Source: an uncultured Spartobacteria bacterium (GTDB lineage: Bacteria > Verrucomicrobiota > Verrucomicrobiia > Chthoniobacterales > UBA6821). From it: a stretch of DNA of 55,112 nucleotides. The translations under genes were made by a program, and so were the position numbers. Location of the stretch: positions 1 to 55,112 of the forward strand of contig CAIZIQ010000282.1 in the NCBI GenBank assembly GCA_903933015.1, read 5' to 3'. Positions 28,377 to 37,840 of this stretch are shown one piece after another; position 1 is the stretch's first letter; every line of letters begins with the position of its first letter. The notes beneath the pieces are model-generated. The model was not told where the DNA came from. It did not search any database and saw only the letters and a program-made list of their open reading frames with translations.

Positions 28377-29531
28377 ATGAATCTTGCCTCCCTTCTGGTC
28401 CGCCGAAAACTCTCCGGCAGATCCCTATGGGTGTTCATCACGGCTTGCGTGATGACTTTTCTGTTTCGCCTGCATTACTGTGCACAGGCTCCCATTGATT
28501 CATCCGATCTCTACCGGCACCTGGGATTCACCTCCCACTTCTGGGAAAATCCCAGGGCCTTTTACTGGCTGATGCCTTGGCAATTCCCGCAGGAGTTCTG
28601 GACCCGATTCTGGACAGACGTGGGATACATGTACCCGCCTGTGGCCCTGTTGTTCTTTGCATCGTTCGGGAGTCTGGGCGTCGGGTTATTTTGGGTGAAG
28701 CTGGCCCTCACTCTCTTTGACCTCGGGTCAGCCTACCTGATCGCACGGGCCACCTCCTGGTGGGCGGGGTTTCTGGTTTTTTCGGCACCGGTCACCGTCT
28801 GGTACACATCCCATGAGGGCCAGTACGAAAGCATGGTCACGTTTTTCGTTGTTCTGGCCGTCCTCTCCGCACGCAACGGTCGCTGGATCTGGGCGGGCGC
28901 CGCCTTCATGCTGGCTTTGCAGACAAAGCAACTGGCTCTTCTGATCGCACCCTACCTGCTCTATGAGATTTTTCTCCGGCGACATCTCGAGCCGCGGAGG
29001 GCTGTGTTTGGTTTCTTTACCGGTTTTGTCGGGGCCTTTCTTCCTTTTGCACCCTTCTATTACTGGCGCCACGACATCTGGCTCCTGCCGCTCCAGAATC
29101 AGGAGAATCTGCTGAATCCTTTTTACTGGCCCCTGTTTTGGCGGAAGGCTGCCATGGCCCATTTTGAGGAGGTTTCCGATTTGCGGATCGTCTGGAACGA
29201 ACTGGTCACGACGATCCCGCTGATCATTCTCTGCGTCTTTGTATCACGCGGCTCGATCTGGAGAAGGGTTCCCCAAGCCCTTCCGGGCATTACCTTCTGG
29301 GTCATGATCAAGAGTATGGCCTGGGTGATGAACTGGTACGTGATCCTGATACCCGGACTCACGCTGGCACTCTGGCGGCACCGCAGATGGATGGTCGTGC
29401 TACTCGTCTTTTACTGGCTGCAGTGCGGCCAGCAAGTGGCCAGCTATGTGGGTGATGACGATCGGGAGGAGGACGATACCGTCACGCGCTTTCAGGAATG
29501 CATCTGGCGCACCGATTACCGTGCGCCTTGA
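28377..29531 (+). CDS. Polytopic membrane protein, GT-C/DUF2029-like glycosyltransferase candidate
   Basis: The ORF begins at 28332, overlapping the DUF167 stop. ATG 28377 (MNLASLLV) is more likely. It has about 10 TM helices and an early loop DSSDLYRH resembling the catalytic Asp loop of GT-C enzymes. Confidence 0.55.
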   Translation: MNLASLLVRRKLSGRSLWVFITACVMTFLFRLHYCAQAPIDSSDLYRHLGFTSHFWENPRAFYWLMPWQFPQEFWTRFWTDVGYMYPPVALLFFASFGSLGVGLFWVKLALTLFDLGSAYLIARATSWWAGFLVFSAPVTVWYTSHEGQYESMVTFFVVLAVLSARNGRWIWAGAAFMLALQTKQLALLIAPYLLYEIFLRRHLEPRRAVFGFFTGFVGAFLPFAPFYYWRHDIWLLPLQNQENLLNPFYWPLFWRKAAMAHFEEVSDLRIVWNELVTTIPLIILCVFVSRGSIWRRVPQALPGITFWVMIKSMAWVMNWYVILIPGLTLALWRHRRWMVVLLVFYWLQCGQQVASYVGDDDREEDDTVTRFQECIWRTDYRAP

Positions 29532-29539
29532 AGTCTCAT

Positions 29540-30055
29540 TCAGGGGTTTTCCCAAGCACCGTCCTCAGACTTCAACCCCTTCCTCTTCAGCCTGCGATTC
29601 TGACGCCACTTCATGACGATCAGCACGAATCCATAGGAGAGGAGGGTGAAGGGGATCGCGCAGATAATACCGCCAGCCAGCAGGGGCAGACCGATATCGA
29701 CGAAGTTATCCCACTGGAGGATCTCCGAAAAACGGAAATCATCCTTGCAGAGCGGGGGCGCGAAATGATGTGGGTGGCTGAGCACCCAGAATCCAATCTG
29801 GAACTGGAACCTCAGGATGAGCGGCCAGACAGGAAGCAGGATGTCATGCAGCGAAACCCCGATCACCGAGGCAACGACGCTGCAGCGGGTGATCATCGAC
29901 ACGCCCATGGCGCTGACAGTCTTCAGCCCAAAAATGGGGATGAAGCCGAAAAACACGCCGATCGCCGTGCCTCCAGCCACCGAATGGGGTGCATCCTTGG
30001 CATCCAAAAGCTCATGGAGCTTTCCTACATATTCCCGGATGTAACGGTGGATCAT
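29540..30055 (-). CDS. DUF2062-family membrane protein
   Basis: A 171-aa ORF. The segment SVAGGTAIGVFFGFIPIFGLKT followed by further TM helices is the DUF2062 pattern. Confidence 0.8.
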   Translation of the reverse strand: MIHRYIREYVGKLHELLDAKDAPHSVAGGTAIGVFFGFIPIFGLKTVSAMGVSMITRCSVVASVIGVSLHDILLPVWPLILRFQFQIGFWVLSHPHHFAPPLCKDDFRFSEILQWDNFVDIGLPLLAGGIICAIPFTLLSYGFVLIVMKWRQNRRLKRKGLKSEDGAWENP

Positions 30056-30079
30056 GGGGCGAGAATTGCAGAAGTGGGC

Positions 30080-31237
30080 TCAGCGTCTGACGGCCGCTTT
30101 CTTGCCGTTTCGGGAGGTCCGCTCTTTGCCGAGTAATCGGTCGGGATTGAGAGCCTGAAGCGCTGCCGGAACAAACAGGCCATCCTTGCGGATGAGCTTG
30201 CCGTCGAACCAGACCTCTCCGCCACCATAGTCCTTGCGCTGAATGCAGACCATGTCCCAGTGGATGGCGCTCTTGTTGCCATTCCCCGCCACCTCGTAAG
30301 CCTGTCCGGGGGTGAAGTGGAAGGATCCGGCGATCTTTTCGTCGAAGAGAATGTCGCGCATCGGGTGCAGGATGTGAGGGTTGAATCCGAGCGAGAACTC
30401 GCCGATGAAGCGTGCGCCCGCATCGGTGTCGAGGATCTCGTTCAGCGCCTTGGTATGGTTGGCGGTCGCCTTGACGACACGCCCCTTGGAGAACTCCAGG
30501 CGCACTTGATCGAAAGCAATGCCCCGGTTCAGCGTCGGCGCATTGAAGGTGACATATCCCTCGACCGAATCTTTCACCGGGCAGGAGAAGACCTCTCCGT
30601 CGGGGATATTGTGTTCACCTCCGCAGATGACGGAGCCGATGCCCTTGATGCTGAAGCGCAGGTCGGTGCCGGGCCCCGTGATCTCGACACGGTCCGTGCG
30701 GTCCATGAGAGCTTTCAGTGCCTTCATGCCAGGAATCATCGCGCCGTAATCGAGCGTGCAGACACGGAAGAAAAATTCGGTGAAAGCTTCCGTGCTCATC
30801 TGCGCCTGCTGTGCCATCGAAGGAGTGGGCCAACGGAGCACGACCCAGCGGGTCTTGTTGATCCGGTAATCGAGGGCCGGGCGCAGCTTTGAGGAAAGAA
30901 TGGCCATCTGTGCCTGCGGGACATCGGCCATCTCGGAAATGTTCTGCGAACCACGCACGGCGATGTAGGCCTGCATCTTCTTCAGCCGGGCCAGATCGAT
31001 TGCTGCCATTGTCTCGGCCTGCGAGCCGGTCACGCCAAGGGCCAGCTCGCGGCTGATGCGGCCCGAATGCATGACGACGAACGGCTCCGCCTTCGCGGCG
31101 CGGGCGGCTCGGATCAATGCGATCACGAACTCCTCGGGAGTGTCAGCCACATCGATGAGAACGTGCTCCCCTGCCTTCAGCTTGGTGGAGTGGCTGGTGA
31201 GAACTCGGGCGAGGGAATCGTAGCGGGGATCTGACAT
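30080..31237 (-). CDS. M29-family aminopeptidase (AmpS/PepS/aminopeptidase T-like)
   Basis: A 385-aa ORF consistent with peptidase M29 in length and motifs: VLIDV...[22 protein letters not shown] and HWDMV. Confidence 0.8.
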   Translation of the reverse strand: MSDPRYDSLARVLTSHSTKLKAGEHVLIDVADTPEEFVIALIRAARAAKAEPFVVMHSGRISRELALGVTGSQAETMAAIDLARLKKMQAYIAVRGSQNISEMADVPQAQMAILSSKLRPALDYRINKTRWVVLRWPTPSMAQQAQMSTEAFTEFFFRVCTLDYGAMIPGMKALKALMDRTDRVEITGPGTDLRFSIKGIGSVICGGEHNIPDGEVFSCPVKDSVEGYVTFNAPTLNRGIAFDQVRLEFSKGRVVKATANHTKALNEILDTDAGARFIGEFSLGFNPHILHPMRDILFDEKIAGSFHFTPGQAYEVAGNGNKSAIHWDMVCIQRKDYGGGEVWFDGKLIRKDGLFVPAALQALNPDRLLGKERTSRNGKKAAVRR

Positions 31238-31294
31238 GGTGAAAGGGGTTTAGGCTGAAGGCCGAAGGCTGTTAAAAAATCAATGGAGAATCCA

Positions 31295-31519
31295 TCAGGG
31301 CTTCGCTGGGGCTGGAAGCTTGGCGAGGTATTTTGCAGGATCTTTCTGAAACTTCGCGATGCAGGAGTCACAGCAGAAGGAAATTTTCTTTCCTTGGTAG
31401 TCGATGGAGACGGGCGATCCCATCTCTCCAAGCTTCTCGCCGGAAACGGGGCAGGTGGAGACATCAGCCATGACGGCGGGAAGCAGGGTGAGAAACAGGG
31501 CGGCAAGGAGGGGCTTCAT
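31295..31519 (-). CDS. Small secreted YHS/TRASH-like Cys-motif metal-binding protein (74 aa)
   Basis: This is the internal ATG of ORF 31295..31639. A signal peptide (MKPLLAALFLTLLPAVMA) is followed by CPVSGEKL...SFCCDSCIAKFQKDP, the Cys pattern of YHS/TRASH domains. Confidence 0.65.
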   Translation of the reverse strand: MKPLLAALFLTLLPAVMADVSTCPVSGEKLGEMGSPVSIDYQGKKISFCCDSCIAKFQKDPAKYLAKLPAPAKP

Positions 31520-31600
31520 GATTCCTTGAGTAAACCATGGATCACGGCCAAATCCATAGGGAATCGCATCTCCGGATTCGGGAAATTCTTGTGCACCCTG

Positions 31601-32032
31601 ATGTCGGCTGATATCCCATCGCAAATGATCTCTTTCCATGATGCACGCCGCCTACTCGGTTGCATCGGGATGTCTGCGGCGCTCTTCTTGGCAGCCGGCG
31701 GTCACCTTGCCCTCTTGCAGGGCGTGGCCTGGGTGACGATGGTGCACGATTTTTCCCGCACGGGCTCGCTGAGTCAGGCCGTTGGCAAGACCTTTGACGG
31801 TCATCACCCCTGCCCTCTCTGCAAAAAGATCGCCAAGGCACGCACCTCCGAGGAGAAAGCTCCCGTCACAATGAAAGTCGACAAGAAGGCCGAGGTCTTC
31901 ATCACTGCCCTAGGCTCAGAGCTCCCACTGCCTGTTTTCCGTTCGTTTGCTTACGGAGCGGCCCCTTTTGTTGCGATGCCGGAGCGTTTTTTTGCTCCGC
32001 CCGTGCCGGTACCGATCGACCGGCACTCCTAG
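31601..32032 (+). CDS. Hypothetical membrane-anchored protein with an HHPCPLC motif
   Basis: This is the 3-prime part of ORF 31283..32032; ATG 31601 or 31625 avoids overlap with the opposite-strand YHS gene. It has one TM helix (LLGCIGMSAALFLAAGG), then HLALLQGVAWVTMVHDF and GHHPCPLCKK. I could not assign a family with confidence; it is reminiscent of DUF2946-type HxxCxxC proteins. Confidence 0.5.
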   Translation: MSADIPSQMISFHDARRLLGCIGMSAALFLAAGGHLALLQGVAWVTMVHDFSRTGSLSQAVGKTFDGHHPCPLCKKIAKARTSEEKAPVTMKVDKKAEVFITALGSELPLPVFRSFAYGAAPFVAMPERFFAPPVPVPIDRHS

Positions 32033-32183
32033 GCCAAGCCCTGTTTTCAAACTTCTGGATCCGATGATCCGGTGAGCCCGTTCGGTGCGGTGCTTGGTGT
32101 TATCCCTAGGACTTCCGCATGTGCGGAGAGTCCTGATCCGTCCCCTGATCCCACACAGCTCGTTTTAACTTTTACCAATCACT

Positions 32184-33134
32184 ATGAAAAAATCTCTCTC
32201 AGGCCTTGCCACAAACTTCGGCGCAGGTCTTCTCGCTCTTACTCTGCTCGTCACCCCTAGCAACCTCCACGCCTGCGCCTGCGGTTGCGGCGTCTTTGAC
32301 ACCGGCACGCTCTGGAACTTTCCCCAGGGTCCGGGTGGCATGGTCTACTCCGAGTATGCCTTTAACTCCCAGAGCCATAACTGGCATAACATGGGTCCCT
32401 CCGGCAGTGCCAACAACGCTGATCAGCTGATTCAGACTTCCTGGATGATCGGGGGCTTACAGTACTTCTTTAACCAGAACTGGGGCTTTGAACTCCAGGT
32501 CCCGACAGCCAGCCGACTCTTCGCGAAGACCACCACCGGTGAAGATGGTTCCTCCAGCGTGAACAACAGCAATTGGTACACGCTCGGTGACATGCGCCTG
32601 ACAGGATACTACACCGGCCTCTTCAAGGACATGAACACGGGCCTGCAGTTTGGTCTCAAGCTGCCCACGGGCACGTGGAACCAGTCTGGTATCGACCGTG
32701 ACACCCAGATCGGAACCGGCAGCACCGACCTCCTGCTTGGCTTCTACACCCACCATCACATCGTTCCGGGAAGCCAGTTCAACTGGTTCGCCCAATCCAT
32801 GTTTGATCTGCCGATGATTACCCAGGCGGGCTATCGCCCGGGCGTAGAACTTGATTCGGCACTTGGCGTCTATGTCGACGGCATCCATCTCGGCAAGGTT
32901 CAAATCCAGCCCATCGGTCAGATGCTTGTCTCCAACCGCGCCTCCGATCAAGGACCCAACGCCAATCCCACCGACTCAGGCTACCAGCGGGTTCTTCTCT
33001 CCCCCGGCTTCCAGATCGATATCCATCCTATCCGCATCTATGCCGATGCGGAGTTGCCTGTTATCCAAAGCGTTGTTGGTCAGCAGCTTGTCTCTCAGTG
33101 TCTAGTCAAGGTCAATGTCTCCTACATGTTCTAA
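32184..33134 (+). CDS. Outer-membrane beta-barrel protein (MetA-pathway/transporter-like) with an N-terminal CACGCG motif
   Basis: A 316-aa ORF. A signal peptide ends ...SNLHA, then CACGCGVFD. Alternating beta-strand pattern runs throughout, with a C-terminal aromatic residue (VSYMF). Confidence 0.65.
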   Translation: MKKSLSGLATNFGAGLLALTLLVTPSNLHACACGCGVFDTGTLWNFPQGPGGMVYSEYAFNSQSHNWHNMGPSGSANNADQLIQTSWMIGGLQYFFNQNWGFELQVPTASRLFAKTTTGEDGSSSVNNSNWYTLGDMRLTGYYTGLFKDMNTGLQFGLKLPTGTWNQSGIDRDTQIGTGSTDLLLGFYTHHHIVPGSQFNWFAQSMFDLPMITQAGYRPGVELDSALGVYVDGIHLGKVQIQPIGQMLVSNRASDQGPNANPTDSGYQRVLLSPGFQIDIHPIRIYADAELPVIQSVVGQQLVSQCLVKVNVSYMF

Positions 33135-33154
33135 ATCTTAGGTTGTTAATGACC

Positions 33155-33204
33155 CAAGGCGGTATTGCGGGTTCTCCCTGAAGACTCACTGCAATACCGC
33201 CTTT
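33155..33204 (+). terminator. Rho-independent terminator candidate after the barrel gene
   Basis: AAGGCGGTATTGC (33155-33167) pairs perfectly with GCAATACCGCCTT (33190-33202) and is followed by a TTTT run. The loop is large, at 22 nt. Confidence 0.6.
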
Positions 33205-33282
33205 TGTAATTTAGCACCGTCTTGTGGCTCGTGGAAGCAATTGCCATTGACTCGATGGTACATATCATCATATACGCATTCG

Positions 33283-35604
33283 ATGGTTTTTGATAAAACT
33301 CCTCTTTTGATAGCCATCTGCATCCTCCTTGTGATGGCTTCCATCTCGAGGGCTCAGCAAAGCACCAATCCGTCTGGGCTCGTCACCACCGCCGCCTCCT
33401 CCCAGTCTTTCACCAATGCTGCTGTGACAGCCCTGCCTCCAGTCACCGTCGTGGCGCAAGCCGAGCAACCTGGGGTAATCGAGGGTACCGACTTTCAGAA
33501 TCCGGGGGGCTTCGGGCCCGTCGACTCCAAGGCGGCAACGCGCACCTTTACCCCGAACATGGAGAATCCCGTCTCCGTACAGGTCATTCCCCAAGAGGTT
33601 CTCAAGAGCCAGCAGACCATTTATCTCGACGAAGCCCTCCAGAATGTCGCCGGTGTGACCCCCACCATGAGCAGCATCAATGGGGACAGCTTTTCGATCC
33701 GTGGCTTCGATATGCACAACCTGACTTTTGAGGATGGCTTGCGGAACGACAACTATGCGCTGGGATCCCAGCGCTCTATGCAAAATGTAGAAAATGTCGA
33801 GGTTGTCAAAGGGCCGTCCTCCGTCCTCTATGGTCAGGCAGAACCGGGGGGGCTCGTGAATATCGACACGAAGAAGCCTTTGGACAGCAACTACTTTGCA
33901 ATTGATCAGCAGATTGGATCCTTCGCCTTCTACCGGACGACAATCGATGCCTCCGGTCCCATCAATGAGGAGAAGACACTCCTCTACCGTTTTAACCTGG
34001 ACCAGCAGAATGACTGCTCCTACCGCGACTTCATCCACGACCAGCGAATCTTCCTCTTCCCAACCTTCCGCTGGAAGCCCAACGATGATAACGAAGCCAC
34101 TCTGGAACTCACCTATGCAAATATTCTGCAGCAGTACGACAATGGTATTCCTTTCCAGACCAATGGGTTGCCTGCACCAGTGGATCGCGGTGCCAATTTT
34201 GCGATGCCCGGGGCCAACCAATCCCCCGCTCAGGATTTCAAGGTGAAGGTCTCATTCACTCACAAGTTCAATGAAGACTGGATGCTCCACGGCGCCTACA
34301 AGACCGACTACCAAAATAACCCGACGCCCAATGGTCAGTATTATGCCGGCGCCACGGATCAGAATGGTACCCTGCCCATCTACGCGGGTGGCACCTCATT
34401 CTACCAACAGTGGAGCCAGGAGTTTCTGGCAGATCTGACCGGTAAGTTTAAGACCTGGTTCATCAAACACACAGCATTGCTCGGTTTCGATTACTACCAG
34501 CAGACCTTCCACTACACCTCGGAGCAGACGGATAATTACCCCAGCTACACCCAGAACATCTTTCAGCCCAACTGGAATACCCAGGTTCCAGCTTATGATT
34601 CCGCGTTGACTGGAAATACCTACCAGTTCGAGCGCGACGCCGCTTTTTTTGCCCAGGATCAAGTGGAGCTGCCCGGGCACATCTTTGGGCTGGCAGGATT
34701 CCGCTACGACAGTCTTTCCACCGGCAACTCGTTCTATGGAACCAATGCAGCCTCCGCCTGCAATGAAGCCATGACTCCTCGATTTGGAGTGCTCTGGAAT
34801 CCCATCAAACCCGTGAGCATCTACGGCAGCTACACGGCGAATTTCGGAGCGAGCGCCCTTGGTGCTCTCACGACGAATGGGTCTGTCCTCCCTCCCCAAA
34901 GTGCCCAGCAGTGGGAATTCGGCCTCAAACAGGAAACGGAGAACAAAAGGTTCACCGCCACCGAGAGCATCTACCAACTCACCAAGGAAAACGTACCCGA
35001 GACGGATCCTAATAACCCCCAGTATTCCCAAGCCGTCGGTCAGATCCGAAGCAAGGGGCTGGAACTCCAGATCGCCGGGGAAATCCTGACGGGATGGAAG
35101 GTGATCGCGGCATATTCCTACATCGCCGCCTCCATCACGCAGCAAACACCCTCCACGACAACCATCACGGACAATGGCGACGGTACCACGACTACGGTCA
35201 ACAAAGCCAGCCAGGTCGGGCAACGGCAGACCGGTGTACCCTACAATAGCGGCAGTCTCTGGAGCACCTATGAGATCCAGTCGGGACCCTTCAAACATCT
35301 CCGGTTCGGAGGGGGCCTTGTGGCGCGCAGCCAGGAAGTGACCTATGTCTCCTCGACCACATCGACGACCGATGCCAACGGCAACACGATCACCAACAAC
35401 GGCTACTCTCAGGAACAAATCCCCGCTTTCGTCGTGGTGAATCTGATGGCCGCCTATCCTTTCTATGTCGGAACGACCAAGTGGACCGCTCAGGTGAACG
35501 TCGACAATCTCTGCAACACCTACTACTTCACGAGCATCAATCCGTATCAGGCGATGCCCGGCGCCCCGGTCAGCTTCATGGCTTCGCTGAAAGCGGAGTT
35601 CTAG
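33283..35604 (+). CDS. TonB-dependent receptor (siderophore-receptor class)
   Basis: ATG 33283 gives the signal peptide MVFDKTPLLIAICILLVMASISRAQQ. Plug-domain motifs are VSVQVIPQEVL, DEALQNVAGV, SIRGF and VEVVKGPSSVLYG. A long beta-barrel ends in the terminal residues LKAEF. Confidence 0.9.
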   Translation: MVFDKTPLLIAICILLVMASISRAQQSTNPSGLVTTAASSQSFTNAAVTALPPVTVVAQAEQPGVIEGTDFQNPGGFGPVDSKAATRTFTPNMENPVSVQVIPQEVLKSQQTIYLDEALQNVAGVTPTMSSINGDSFSIRGFDMHNLTFEDGLRNDNYALGSQRSMQNVENVEVVKGPSSVLYGQAEPGGLVNIDTKKPLDSNYFAIDQQIGSFAFYRTTIDASGPINEEKTLLYRFNLDQQNDCSYRDFIHDQRIFLFPTFRWKPNDDNEATLELTYANILQQYDNGIPFQTNGLPAPVDRGANFAMPGANQSPAQDFKVKVSFTHKFNEDWMLHGAYKTDYQNNPTPNGQYYAGATDQNGTLPIYAGGTSFYQQWSQEFLADLTGKFKTWFIKHTALLGFDYYQQTFHYTSEQTDNYPSYTQNIFQPNWNTQVPAYDSALTGNTYQFERDAAFFAQDQVELPGHIFGLAGFRYDSLSTGNSFYGTNAASACNEAMTPRFGVLWNPIKPVSIYGSYTANFGASALGALTTNGSVLPPQSAQQWEFGLKQETENKRFTATESIYQLTKENVPETDPNNPQYSQAVGQIRSKGLELQIAGEILTGWKVIAAYSYIAASITQQTPSTTTITDNGDGTTTTVNKASQVGQRQTGVPYNSGSLWSTYEIQSGPFKHLRFGGGLVARSQEVTYVSSTTSTTDANGNTITNNGYSQEQIPAFVVVNLMAAYPFYVGTTKWTAQVNVDNLCNTYYFTSINPYQAMPGAPVSFMASLKAEF

Positions 35605-35631
35605 ACGGATGTTTAAACAGACGATGAGCTC

Positions 35632-36336
35632 ATGAACACAACCGGCCCGCTTTCATGGAAATCACTCGCTTCTTCTGTGCTCCTTCACGGATCACTCGTT
35701 GCCGCAGTCGGCCTGGTACTGTTCCAGCAACCTCACGTGAGCGTTCAGGAATCAACCGTCACTGCGGAGTTTCAAGTGCTCGAAAATCCCTCTGCATCCG
35801 CTGAATCCTTGTCATCCAAGGTAGCGACTAAGTCCTCTCCAATCCCCGTGCAGGAGGCCCTTCCGAATCCGATCCATGAGGTGTTAATCGATGAGGACAT
35901 GTCGACTGCATCTCCTCTGGAGCCTGTTCCGAAGGCCACCCCCGTCTTGGATGCACTGCCTGCCTCCCTTCATCCCGCTTCACCGGCACCGACAGCAGAC
36001 CGACCTCAGCCCCATTCGGTTCGTTCCGCGCACCATACAACCTCGGTAAACAAACGGGGGGCTAAAAACTATCTGCCCGACTATCTGAACAACCCGCCTC
36101 CTTCCTATCCCGAGCGCTCGCGGCTCGCGGGAGAGCAAGGTATCGCGGTGGTTAGGATCGTGGTGGATTCCTCTGGGTTCGTTTCCCGCTTATCCTTGGA
36201 AAGTTCCTCGGGCCATCCCTTGCTCGACCGCGCGGCTTTGGAGGCTGTTTCTAAATGGAAGTTTCGCCCGGCCTCAGTAGCAGGCTTACCCATGGAATCA
36301 GAGATCACGATCCCTGTTCGATTCGAGTTGCACTAG
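35632..36336 (+). CDS. Energy transducer TonB family protein
   Basis: A 234-aa ORF with an N-terminal TM anchor and a Pro/Ser-rich linker. The C-terminal TonB_C domain reads NPPPSYPERSRLAGEQGIAVVRIVVDSSG...GHPLLDRAALEAVSKWKFRPA. Confidence 0.85.
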   Translation: MNTTGPLSWKSLASSVLLHGSLVAAVGLVLFQQPHVSVQESTVTAEFQVLENPSASAESLSSKVATKSSPIPVQEALPNPIHEVLIDEDMSTASPLEPVPKATPVLDALPASLHPASPAPTADRPQPHSVRSAHHTTSVNKRGAKNYLPDYLNNPPPSYPERSRLAGEQGIAVVRIVVDSSGFVSRLSLESSSGHPLLDRAALEAVSKWKFRPASVAGLPMESEITIPVRFELH

Positions 36337-36386
36337 TCTACCCTGTGAGACTCCAGGGACTTCAGCCGATCTACTCCTCAAACCCC

Positions 36387-37049
36387 TTAACCGCGTAAAG
36401 CGCGGATCTCGGCAGCCCGATCCGCCGCCTTAAAGACTGAAGTGCCAGCAACCATCACATCGGCGCCTGCCTCACGCGACAGCGCGGCCGTCTCGGCATC
36501 GATACCTCCATCCACCTCGATGAGAAATTTCAGCCCCAGTTCCTTGCGAAGCCGATGGGCTTCGCGGACTTTGCCAAGCATGTCGTTCATGAAAGGCTGT
36601 CCCCCGAAGCCGGGCTCCACGGTCATGATGAGAAGAATGTCGAAGCGTCCGAAGAGCTCGCGAGCCTGATCCAAGGGCGTCCCCGGCTTGATCGAGAGAC
36701 CGGCCTTCTTGCCGGCGGCGCGCACGGTGTCGAGCGTGATGCCGGCATCGTGATTGGCCTCGAGATGTGAAGTCACGGAAGCAACACCCGAAATCCCCAT
36801 GAATTGCTGAATGTAGCGATCGGGACGCTGAATCATCAGGTGGACATCCAGCGGAAGACTGGTATGGCACCCGGCGGCTTTCACGATGGGCTCCCCAAAG
36901 GAAATGTTCGGCACGAAATCCCCATCCATGACATCGCAGTGGATCCAATCCGCACCGGCCTTGGTGACACTCGCCACCTCGTCGCCAAGGCAACCGAAGT
37001 CACAGGCGAGGATCGAGGGGGCTATGATGGATGGTCGCAGGGCGGGCAT
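36387..37049 (-). CDS. rpe: Ribulose-phosphate 3-epimerase
   Basis: A 220-aa ORF with canonical Rpe motifs: IAPSILACDF, HCDVMDGDFVPNISFG, DVHLM, MTVEPGFGGQ and VDGGI. Confidence 0.93.
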   Translation of the reverse strand: MPALRPSIIAPSILACDFGCLGDEVASVTKAGADWIHCDVMDGDFVPNISFGEPIVKAAGCHTSLPLDVHLMIQRPDRYIQQFMGISGVASVTSHLEANHDAGITLDTVRAAGKKAGLSIKPGTPLDQARELFGRFDILLIMTVEPGFGGQPFMNDMLGKVREAHRLRKELGLKFLIEVDGGIDAETAALSREAGADVMVAGTSVFKAADRAAEIRALRG

Positions 37050-37052
37050 GGT

Positions 37053-37826
37053 TCAGTGATTCTTGGCGGCAGGACGCTGGGGAAAGATAGACATGAACAC
37101 CCCCATGAAGGCGAGCAGGATTCCCGTCACCGCGAACCGGCTCAACGCCAATCCCCCGTGGTCGTGCGGCTTGTCAAGAAAGTCACCCACCACGGCTCCC
37201 AGCGGGCGGGTCACGATAAAAGCTACCCAGAACAGGAAGACCCGGGAGATCTTGGTCGTGAAATATGCCGCCGCCAGAAGCGCCAGAATCCCCCCGAAGA
37301 TGGCGGAGCTGCCCAGATAGCCCATACGCTCGTTGTCGGCCGTCCAATCCCCGAGCGCCGTTCCAAGCGTCTGGGAACACATGATGGTTACCCAGTAGAA
37401 AATCTCAGCACGCGGGGTGCTGATGGTGTCGATCTCGACGGTGCCGAGCGTGCGATGCCAGGTGAAGAGCGAGGAGAGCAGGAGGGCAACCAACAGGACC
37501 GATCCACCAGCATAGCCGATCCCGAGTGAACGGTCGCAGAAATCGGCCAGCGTTGTCCCCATCGTGGTGGTTGCGATGATCGTCAACCAATAGACGCCAG
37601 GGTGAAATTTTTTTGCGGCGATCTGGATCCCCACGGCTGCCAGAAAGAGTGCGGCAAAGAGTGCCGTTCCCCAGAGGTAGCCGATCCCAAGCGACATGGA
37701 GACGGCGTCGCCGCCCGTTTCGCCGAGCGTGGTCGCCGCTATCTTGATTATCCAGAAGCCCAGGGTGACTTCAGGCACCTTGCTCAGGATCTCCCGTACT
37801 GGCGATACGGAAGATCCGTTTCTCAT
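37053..37826 (-). CDS. COG4705-type polytopic membrane protein with a fourfold internal repeat
   Basis: A 257-aa ORF. Four repeats of a TM hairpin each carry a T-x-(L/M)G-x-x-x-(G/A)D motif: TTLGETGGD, TTMGTTLAD, SQTLGTALGD and TRPLGAVVGD. Confidence 0.7.
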   Translation of the reverse strand: MRNGSSVSPVREILSKVPEVTLGFWIIKIAATTLGETGGDAVSMSLGIGYLWGTALFAALFLAAVGIQIAAKKFHPGVYWLTIIATTTMGTTLADFCDRSLGIGYAGGSVLLVALLLSSLFTWHRTLGTVEIDTISTPRAEIFYWVTIMCSQTLGTALGDWTADNERMGYLGSSAIFGGILALLAAAYFTTKISRVFLFWVAFIVTRPLGAVVGDFLDKPHDHGGLALSRFAVTGILLAFMGVFMSIFPQRPAAKNH

Positions 37827-37840
37827 GCGTCGGCTGGTCC

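Noticed and set aside
31522-31530. TTCCTTGAG as a sixth copy of the octamer motif, 78 nt upstream of the HHPCPLC gene
   Set aside because: It is a single copy with a one-base insertion and no following AT-rich block. It is indistinguishable from chance.
33205-33282. Fur box upstream of the TonB-dependent receptor
   Set aside because: ACATATCATCATATAC and GCAATTGCCATTGAC have only loose resemblance to GATAATGATAATCATTATC. I cannot support a call without a matrix scan.
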